The translations under genes were made by a program, and so were the position numbers. Shown one piece after another: positions 44,249-53,265 of a DNA stretch of 53,265 nt. The stretch is taken from the NCBI GenBank assembly GCA_004431415.1, contig QPMI01000051.1, positions 1 through 53,265 of the forward strand, written 5' to 3'. This stretch comes from Cyanophora paradoxa CCMP329. Its lineage: Eukaryota; Plantae; Glaucophyta. Each line of letters opens with the position of its first letter. Within the stretch, counting starts at the first letter, position 1. Under the pieces are notes generated by a model. It was not told where the DNA came from, made no database searches, and worked only from the letters and a program-made list of their open reading frames with translations.

Positions 44249-47200
44249 ATGCAGTCGGCGGCGGAACGAAGGACCCGGAGGAGCGCGGCAATGCCACCCC
44301 AGCAGCCAGCAGCAGCGCCCCGGAGCCTGTCTCCACACACTCCCGCCATGCAGCAGACCATGCAGCCTCGATTCGCGGCGGAGCGGGGGCGTCCTGCAAG
44401 GGTAGCCGTCCCCCGGGCAGGCAGCGCGGAAGCGCCCCGAGGCAGCGCAGAGGCGGAGCGCCCCGAGGCGCAGACGAGCGCGCCATCAACCCAGCGTTCG
44501 ACCAAAGACCCATCTCCCAAAGCCGCTGCGCTGTTCCGCAAGGTGAGCGCCGGAACCCTTTGACGTGTGGCAGGCTGGACGAGCAGCTGACGCGTGCTTG
44601 AAGGCGTACGGTGAGCTGGAATCTGTCTGGCAGAAGAAGGAAGCGCTTTGGAAATCCGAGAAGAAGAAGCTGCAGAACGACCTCGCCGACCTCACCAGGC
44701 GGCTGCAGTTCGCCGCAGCCGAGAAGGACGAGGCGGAGGCGCGGGTGCAAGAGGCCGAAGCGCGGCTACAGCGCTACATCGTAACCGGCACGACCACGGG
44801 GACGGACCAGCCTGCCACATCCACAGCGGCGCTCGAAGGGCGCCTGTCGGCCGTCCTTGAGATGCTTGCGACGCTTCAGCAGAAGGCGGACACGCTCCGG
44901 GAAGAGAAGCGTCAAGAGCAGCAGGCCGCACTCGGCCTGATGGAAGAGAACCGCGCGCTGCGCAGGCGCGGTCTCGCGCGCGCGCCCTTCGCCTGCTGCC
45001 TCCGACTGATCGGGCCCGCTGCGCAGCGCGCTGACGAAGCTGGACGAGCTTTGCACGCAGGCAGAAGGCCTGAAGGAGGAGAACGAGACGCTGACGCGGC
45101 GCTGCGCGGCTCTCGCGAAGGAGAACGACGAGGTGAAGGCCCAGAACAAGAAGCTGGAGGAGCACGGCCTCGAGATGCGGGGCCTCGTGGAAGTGCTCCG
45201 TGCAGAGGCCGAGAAGCTCAACGCCGAGGCCGAGGTGCGCTGCGCCGAGCGAACTCCGCCGCGCCGCGCCGCGCCGCGCCGACTCGCCCGGGCGCGCGCC
45301 AGGCCGCGTACGCGAGGATACAGAAGCTGCAGGGGGAGCGCGCGGCGCTGCTGCAGGACGATGTGCGAGCGGCGACGACGCAGCTGGAGGGTCGCCTGGC
45401 CGCGGAAGTGACGTCCCTCAAGGGCCAGCTGGCGGCCCTCGAGGGGGAGCGCGGCCGCCTCCAGGCCGACGTCGCCGCCGCCCGCGCCGACGGCGACGCC
45501 GTGCGTTTCCGCCTCGCGCGCGGGCGCGCCGGGGTGCGGCTTCGCCGTCGGCTGACGCCCGCGCAGCGGGTGAAGAAGCTGGAGGCGGCGCTGGCGGAGA
45601 GCACGGAGGAGCTGGAGCGCATGCGGGGCCGCTGCGAGGCCCTGGAGGAGGGCCTCCGCACCGCCCAGCTCTCCCCGCGCTCCCTCGAGGCCGCGCCGCA
45701 GGCGCAGCCGCAGGCGCAGCCGCAGGCGCCGCCGCCCGCCCGCATTGAGGTGCGAGCCGCCGCCGCCGCCGCCGCGGGGCGTCGTCGTTTCCGTCGTTCC
45801 TGCCCCGACCGGGCGGGCGCCCCGGCAGGCGCTGGAGGAGCTGAGGGCCCAGAACGACGCGCTGATACGCGAGGCCGAGTCGAAGCGGGCCCAGATCGAG
45901 AACCTCACGGCCGAGCTGCGGGAGCTCCGGGTACAGGCGTTCGAGGGGGGGATCAACCTCAAGGCGGCCGCGAAGAAGGCGGCCGAGGCGCGCTCGGAGG
46001 CGGCGGCGGCGAGCCAGCAGCTGGCCTCCGTGCGGGCCGCGCTGGAGCGGGCCTGCGCGGACCTCGAGGCCAAGTCGGTCGAGTGCGAGGCGGCCGAGGC
46101 GGAGCGCGCGCGCCTGCAGGAGCTCGCCGCGGACCAGGCCGACACCATCTCCCGCCTGGGGGAGGTCCAGGAGGCCCGCCCCTCCGCCCCGCCGTCCGTT
46201 TCGCGGCGCCTGACGGGCGGACGTACGGGCGCGCAGCTGCTGGAGGGCGAGCGGGCTCTCTCCGCGGGCCTCCGCGAGCAGCTGGCGGCCGCCCTGTCCG
46301 AGAACGAGGCCGCGCGCTCTCAGTCCGACGTGCGCGCCGCCTTGCCTTCTCGCCCTCTTCCCCGATGTTCTCTGACTTCGAGAGGCAGGCCGGGGAGCGA
46401 TCCGCGGCCGAGCGGGAGCGGGAGCTCGAGGACGAGGTCCGTCGCGGTGTACCCCCTCCCCCGCAGGCCGCGCTCTGAACCCGTACCCCGCAGGTGGAGC
46501 GCCTGCGGGCGGAGAACGCGCGCCTCGCCGCGCAGGCGGCGGCCGAGCCTCCCCGCCGCCCGAGCCCGGGCGAGGCCTCCCCACAGCGCGGCCCGGTCCG
46601 CTTTGTCGACCCTGACCCCTCGACGTGGCGCGCCCTGACCGACGGCGCGCAGGCGCGGCGCCTAAGGAACGACCTGGCGAAGCTGGAACGGCTGATCGTG
46701 CTGGCGCGCGAGCAGGCGGCCGTCATCGAGCGCGCCGCCGCCGACGGGGACGGCCCGCCGCCGCCAACAGCTGCGCAGCCGCAGCAGCAGCCGCAGGGAT
46801 CCCCGGAGGAGCCGCCGCGGGCCGGGCAGGCCCTGGAGGGCGCCGCTGACATTCTCGACTGGGCCGAGGTAAAGGCTTCTTGTCTTCAGCTTGAGCTTGG
46901 TTCTAATCGGCGTTGATCTCGCTCAGAACCAAATGGAGGCGCTGGAGAGGAAGCTGCGGTCCCTCTCGCGGAACCTGGCGACCCGCTCGGCCGGCGCCTC
47001 GCCGCGGCTCCCCGGCGGCGGAAGCTCCGCGCAGCCGCAGCCGCGGGCGGCGCGGTTCTCGGTGGCGAGCCCCGCGGCGCCGTCGCCGTCGCCGTCGCCC
47101 GGGACGCCCCCGCCGCACGGCTCGCCCATGCTCTCGAGCCCGAGCAGCCACGCGGTGACTCCCACCGACGCCGTGCTCGCCGACCCCACGCCGCCCCGCC

Positions 47201-50200
47201 GCGCCGCCGACTCCGAGGTCTCCGCCGCGCGGGCCGAGGCGGAGGCGGCGCGGGCGGCCCTCGCGCGGCGCGAGGAGGAGACCGTCGCCGCCCGCGTCGA
47301 GCTGCAGGTCACGCGGCAGGAGGCGGCCGCCGCGCGCGAGGCTGCCCGCGAGCGCGGCGAGGCGCTGGCGCTCACGCAGGCCGAGCTGCAGCTCGCCCGC
47401 GAGCGGGCCGAGGAGCTCGCGGCCGTCCGCGCCGAGCTGCAGGCGACGCGCCACGAGCTGGCGGCGGCGCGCGAGGCGGCCCGCCTGCCGGCCGAGGCGC
47501 TGGCGGCCACGCAGGCCGAGCTACAGGTGGCACGGGAGCGGCCGAGGAGCTGGCGGCGGCGCGGGCGCAGCTGCAGGCCGCGCAGCAGGAGCTCTCCGAC
47601 CTGCGGGAGGCGGCTCGCATGCCCGCCGAGGCGCTCGCGTCGGCCCAGGCCGAGCTGCAGGTCGCCCGCGAGCGGGCCGAGGAGCTCGCGGCGGCGCGGG
47701 CCGAGCTGCAGGCGGCGCGCCACGAGCTGGCGTCCCTCCGGGACGCGGCGCGGGCCCCGACGGAGGCGCTCGTGCGGTCCGCAACGGCGCAGCGGGCGAC
47801 GGCGGTTCTTCACTGCCTCGTCGTGGCCGGCGCGGCGCGCACGGCCGCCCAGCTCCGGTGCGCGGGCGTCGGCGCCGTCCGCTCTCGTTTCGCGACTGAC
47901 CGGCGGCCGCGCGGGCGGGCAGGGAGGTCGAGTCGGAGCTGCGGGCGGCGCGGGCCGAGGGGGCCGACCTGCGGGCGCGGCTGGAGGCGGCGCAGGCGGA
48001 GGCGCAGCGGCGGGAGCGGCGCTCGTCCTCCTCGGGGCGGCGGACGCCGACGGAGGATCCGCTCTCGCGCATGGCCGAGTCGACCGTGGCGCTCGCCGCG
48101 CGCCTCGAGGCGCTCGCGACGGAGCGGGCGCAGCTGCGGCTCGAGGCCGGCCTGAGCGCCGCCGAGACGGAGCAGCTGCGCGCGCGTGCGGAGAAGGCCG
48201 AGACGGACCTGGCCAAGGCGAAGGCACGCCTCGCCGGCATCGAGGAGGAGCTCTCGGCGCTGCAGGCGCGCCTCACGGGCGGGCGCGCCGACCCCGACGG
48301 GCCCGAGGCGCGGGTCCGCGGCGAGCTGGACCGGGCGCGCTCCGAGGCGGGGCGCCTGCAGGCGGAGCTCGAGTCGGCGCGCGCGGAGGCCGGCCGGGCG
48401 GCGGCGGCGCTGGCGGAGGCGGCGGCGGCGCGGGTGGAGGCGGCGCGGCTGGCGGGGGAGCTGGCGGCGGCGCGGCGGGAGCAGGCGGCGACGGAGGCGG
48501 AGCTGGCGGAGGCGCAGCGCGGGCTTGAGGCGGCCCGGCGGGAGGCGCGCGAGGCCGGCGCGGCGTCGAGGCGGCGCGGGCCGAGGCGGGCGCCCTCGCT
48601 GCGAGGCTCGACGGCGCCGAGGCGGCCCTGGAGGAGGCCCGCGCCGAGCTCGAGGCCCGCGGGGCGGCTGCCGGCGAGGCGCTCGCCGCGCGCAGGCGGA
48701 GGCGCAGCGGCTCGGCGAGGAGCTCACCGCGGCGCGGGCCGAGGCGGCGGCCCTCCGCGAGGCGGCCGAGGCGCTCCCGGCGGCGCAGGAGGAGGCCGAA
48801 AGGCTTCGGGCGGCGGCAGCGACGGCGGAGGGCCGCGCGGAGGAGCTGCAGTCCGCCCTCGCCGCGGCCGAGGCCGAAGCCGCCCGCTTGCGCGAAGAGG
48901 TCGCGGCAGCGCGGATTGAAACGGAAAAGGCGTCGGGGGCTCTCCGGGCGGAGCTGGAGGAGGCACGGGAGGAGGCTGACCGGAAATTCGCGGAGCTGCG
49001 GGCCGAGCGCGAGGCCGCCGAGACCGCCGCACAAGCCGAGGCGCAGAGGCTCGGCGAGGAGCTCGCAGCGGCGCGGGAGGAAGCTGCGGCCCTGCGCGAG
49101 GCGGCGGAGGCGCTGCCGGCGGCGCAGGAGGAGGCGGCACAGCTTCGGGCGGCGGCGGCGGCGGCGGAGGGCCGTGCGGAAGAGCTGCAGTCCGCCCTCG
49201 CCGCAGCCGAGGCGAAGGCCGAGCAGCTGCGCGAGGAGGCGAAGATGGAGCAAGGAGAGGCGGCCAGGGCGGTGGCAGAGCGCCTGGAGGCGGACCTGGC
49301 GGCCGTGCGGGAGGAGGCCGCACGGAAGTTCGCCGAGCTGCGGGCCGAGCGCGAGGCCGCCGAGGCCGCCGCGCAGGCGGCGGCGCAGCGGCTCGGCGAG
49401 GAGCTTGCCGCGGCGCGGGAGGAAGCAGCGGCCCTCCGCGAGGCGGCCGAGGCGCTCCCTGCGGCGCAGGAGGAGGCGGCACAGCTGCGGGAGGCCATCG
49501 CCGCGGCGGAGGCCGGGCCGAGGCGCTGCAGGCGGAGCTTGCCTCGCGGCAGGGGAGCTCGAGGCAGCGCGGCTCGAGGGCGGGCGGGCGCAGGAGGAGG
49601 GCGCGCGCACGGCGGCGCAGCTGGCGGAGACGCGGGCGCACGTGCAGCGGGTCCTGGAGGAGGTCTCCGGCCTGCGGGGCGAGGCGCGCCGCGTGGAGCA
49701 GGAGCTGGCGGCGGCGCGGCGGGACGTCGCCCGGCTCGAGGGCGAGCTGGAGGCGTCGGCGGGGCAGCTGGCGGCGGCGCGCGACGACCTATCCCGGATG
49801 ATGGGCCAGGTGGCCGAGGCGGCGGCCGAGGCGCGGCGGGCGGAGGAGGAACTCGCGTGGGCGCGCGCCGAGTCGGCCCGCGCGGCGGAGGGGCGCGGCG
49901 CCGCGCAGCAGGCGCTGGTCGAGGCGCGCGAGGAGGCGGCGAAGGCGGCGGAGGCGGCGTCGGCGGCGCAGGCGAAGCGGATGCGGGCGGAGCGGGAGCT
50001 GGCGTCCGGGCGCGAGGAGCTGGCGGCGGCGCTGGACGCGGCGCGGCGGGCCGAGGAGGAGCTGCGGGTCGCCCGCCTCCAGCTCGAGGCGACCCGGGGC
50101 GAGGAGGGCGCCGAACTGGCGGCCGCGCGGCAGGAGGCCGGCCGCCTCGCCGAGCGCCTCTCGGCGGCCGAGCGCGAGCTCGCGCGGCGCGCGAGGAGGT

Positions 50201-53200
50201 CGCGCGCGAGAGCCTGGCGCTCGCGTCGGCGCGGGACGAGGCGGCCGAGGCGCAGGCGGAGGCGGCGGCCGCGCGGCAGGCCGAGCGGCGCGGGAGGCGG
50301 CGGCGGCCGCCGCCGCCTCGCGGCGGCGGAGGCGGAGGCGGGCCTGGCGGAGGCGGAGTCCGCGTGCGCGCGGCAGGCGGAGCGGGCGGAGGCGGCCGAG
50401 CGGGCGCGCGGGGAGGCGGAGGCGCGGGCGGCGGAGGCGGCGTCGGCGGCGGCGGAGGCGCAGCGGCGGGCGGCGCACGCGGAGGAGGACGCGGGGCAGC
50501 TGCGGGGCCAGCTGGCGGCGCTGCAGGCCTCGGTGCAGGCCTCGGCGCAGGTCGCCGTGGCCCTCCAGCAGGCCGCCGACCGCGCCGCCGAGCGCGAGCG
50601 CGCCGCGGAGGCCGAGCGGGCCCGCCTCGAAGCGGCCTCCGCGAGGCGGAGGCGCGGCGGCAGCAGCCGCGGGCCTCGCCGGCGCCCGGGCCTCCCCGCA
50701 GCCGCGGCCGCCGACTTCCTCGGCTTCGACTGCGACGGCGAAGGGCGGAGCGGGGCGCGCAGAGCGGCGCCGGGTGGGGCGCGGAGGCGGCGCCTCGCCC
50801 GAGGCGGCCGAGGAGGAGCTTGCGGTGCTCCAGGAGGAGGTAGCGGCCTCCAGTCGAGCAACGAGGGCCGCGAGGCGGAGCTGGCGGTGCTGCGGGCCGA
50901 GGTCGAGCGCGCCGGCGTCGACCGGCAGCGCGCGCGGCAGCGCGCCGCGGCGCTCGAGGCGGAGGTGGGGTCCCTCCGGCGGCGCGCCGAGGAGCAGGGG
51001 CCGAGGTGGCGGCGGCCGAGGCGGAGGCGGCGCGGCTCGAGGCGCGGGCCGGCGAGCTGCGCGCCGCGCAGTCGGCCGCGCTGGAGGCGGCGCGCCGGCG
51101 GCGCGAGGAGGCGGCCGAGCGGCTCGCGGGGCGGAGCGGGCGGCCGGCGAGGGCGCGGCGCGGCTCGCGGAGCTGCGGGCGGACGTGGCGAGGCTCGAGG
51201 CGGAGGCGCGGCGGCTCGAAGACGACGCGGCGGGGCCGAGGGCGAGGCGCGGGCGCTGCGGGCGCGGCGCGGGCCTCCTCGAGTCGGCGGCGACCTGGGC
51301 GAGCGCGGGGCGCGCCTCCGGCGGGCCGTGGCCTCCCTCGAGGACGAGGTCCGGGACGCCGCCGCCCAGGCCCAGCGCCTCGACGCCGAGGCGAGCCGTC
51401 TCCCCCAGCCCGCCTGCCTCGCTCTGAGCGGGAAGAGCAGGTGGCGGCGCTGGCGGCGCGCAAGGCGGAGCTGGAGGAGGCCGTGCGGGCGGCGAGGAGC
51501 GGCGCGCCGGCGGCCGCTCCGACCTGCGCCGCCTCCAGGCCGAGGTCGACGAGGTGCGCCAAGGGACGGATCCTGTGGGCGCGCCGGCAGCGCCCTCCGC
51601 TAAGGGCGCGCCCCGCAGATGGAGGCGGCGCCCTGGGCGGGGTGGGCGAGGAGCGGGCGGCGGCGGCGCGCGCCGGGGAGCTGCGGGAGCGCCGCGCAGG
51701 CCTCGAGCGGCGGATGGACGCCCTGCGCGAGGCGCTGGCGCGCAGCGGGCGGCGGCCGACGAGGAGGCGGCGGCCGTGCGGCCAAGGAGGAGGAGGTCTC
51801 GGACCTGCACGCGGCGGTCGCCGGGGCGCGCGAGCGGGCGGCGGCGCTGCGGGAGCAGCTGGGGCGCAGGAGGCGCGCCGCCGGGAGCTGGTGGCGCAGC
51901 TGGCGGCGCGGCAGGCGGAGCTGGGGCGACGCAGGGCCGCTGCGAGCGGATCGAGGGGGAGATGGGCGGCCTGGCGCGCAGCGTCGCGGAGGCGCAGGCG
52001 GCGCTCGTGGCGCAGAGCGCCGCGCTGGACGAGGCGGAGCAGCTGCTGTCCCGGCTCCGCGCACAGCGCGAGGAGCTCTCCGCCGAGGCCGTCCGCCGCG
52101 CCGACGAGGCCCGCGCCGCCCACGAGGCCTCCGCCGCGCTGCTCGCCGAGCCGAGGCGGCCGGGCGCGAGGCCGAGGCGCGGGCGGCGGAGGCGGCGGCG
52201 CGGCGCGGAGGCGGAGGGCGAGCTGGCGCGGCGGCACGAGGCGGCGGCCGAGGCCGAGGCGCGCCTCGCGGCGGTCCTGGAGGAGCTACGGGGCGCGGAG
52301 GTCGCCGGGCGGAGGCCGAGGGCAGGCGCGCCGCGGCGGCCGCCGAGGCCGAGCGGGCCGCGGCGGCGCTGGCCGAGCGGCGCGCGGAGGCCGAGGCGGC
52401 GGAGGCGGAGGCGGCCCGGCTCGAGGCGGCGGCGCGCGAGGCGGAGCGCGAGGGCGAGGCGCTGGCGGCGCGCACGGCGGAGGAGCGCGAGCGGGTCGCG
52501 GGCTGGCGCGCGAGGCGGAGGCGAAGGCGGCCGAGGCGGCGGGGCGCGCGAGGAGCTGGCGGCGGCGCAGGAGGCGGCGCGCGGGGCGGAGGCGGAGCTG
52601 GCGGCCGTAGAGGGCCGCCTCGCGGAGCTGCGAGACGCGATGGCGGAGGCGCGGTCGCAGCTGGCGCGGGCCGAGGGCGAGCGGGACGCGCTGCTGCCCG
52701 TGCTGGAGGCGGCCGAGGCGGACGGGTCGGCGGCGGAGCGCGAGGTGGCGCGCCTCGCCGGCGAGTGCGGGCGGCGCGGCTGCGGCTGGAGGAGGCCCGC
52801 CGCGAGGCGGCGAGCGCGCGGCCGAGCTGGCGGCCGGCCGGGAGGAGCTGGCGGAGCTCGAATCCGGCGCGGCGCGGCGGCGGAGGAGGCGGCGGCGGCG
52901 CGGGCCGAGGCCGAGCAGCTCGCGGCGCGCCTGGACGAGGCGCGGACGTGGGCGACGCGGCGGCGGCGGAGGCGGCGGCGGCGACGGCGGAGCGGCTGCG
53001 GGCCGAGGGCGCGCTGGCGGCCGCCTCGGAGGAGCTGCGCTTCCGCGTGGAGGAGCGCGGGCGCGTCGCGGCGGAGCTGCAGGCGCTCCAGGCGCGGCTG
53101 GAGGCGGCGGGGGCGGCGCTCGCGGGTGAGGAGGCCTCGCTCTCGGCGCTGCAGGGCGCTCGGAGGCGGTCCGCGGGCGCTGGCGGAGCAGGAGGAGGCG

Positions 53201-53265
53201 GTGCGGGAGGTGGCGGCCCAGTGCCGCGAGGCCGAGGCCTCGTTCCAGGCCGTGCAGGCCTCCAA
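44249..53265 (+). CDS. Very large Ala/Glu/Arg-rich coiled-coil protein, multi-exon, frameshifted and running off the right edge
   Basis: Heptad-rich segments (WKSEKKKLQNDLADLTRRLQ.., ELAAARAELQAARHEL..) recur across changing frames. GT..CAG introns in the 5' part. Confidence 0.75.
48690..49515 (+). repeat. Three ~340-bp coding tandem repeats within the coiled-coil gene
   Basis: AQRLGEELxAARxEAAALREAAEALPAAQEEA at ~48700, ~49040 and ~49380. Confidence 0.85.

Noticed and set aside
44766-53265. Long minus-strand ORFs (e.g. 47810-52237, 49789-53265) and Arg/Gly/Pro-rich alternative-frame ORFs
   Set aside because: Shadow ORFs caused by stop-codon scarcity in extremely GC-rich DNA opposite the coiled-coil gene.
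24922-53265. Naming the host species
   Set aside because: GC-richness, short introns and KAP3 indicate a flagellated protist or alga, but the sequence alone does not let me assign a taxon.

Overview
The window has two sharply different halves. (1) 1-~24,921 is an AT-rich (by eye high-30s % GC), intronless, gene-dense endogenous Polinton-like virus (PLV / Maverick-virophage supergroup). It is cut by the left edge inside a protein-primed DNA polymerase B. It also encodes a GIY-YIG nuclease, an AEP primase-SF3 helicase, an A32-type packaging ATPase, a double-jelly-roll major capsid protein, two back-to-back penton genes, a patatin-discoidin lipase, a ~2,450-aa modular HxH-repeat fibre, two paralogous fibre-like proteins, a Zn-ribbon protein and a bacterial-type AdoMet decarboxylase. 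It ends in iterated repeats and a perfect 28-bp-arm hairpin exactly at the virus/host junction. (2) ~24,922-53,265 is very GC-rich nuclear DNA of a probably flagellated protist, with many short introns including several GC-AG introns. It holds a TRANK1-like UvrD helicase, an EF-hand/TKL kinase, an EFM7/NNT1-like methyltransferase, a DUF829 protein, KAP3 and a giant coiled-coil protein. The strongest unexplained signals are: the junction hairpin; a duplicated ~200-bp inverted-repeat/iteron block 20,750 bp apart that brackets a complete helicase+capsid module; context-specific CpG avoidance in the virus; and a fibre gene whose downstream cassettes lack that signature, suggesting a receptor-binding cassette swap. 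Many frameshifts look like long-read indel errors. All assignments come from motif recognition by eye, with no database searches. Host exon boundaries are approximate.
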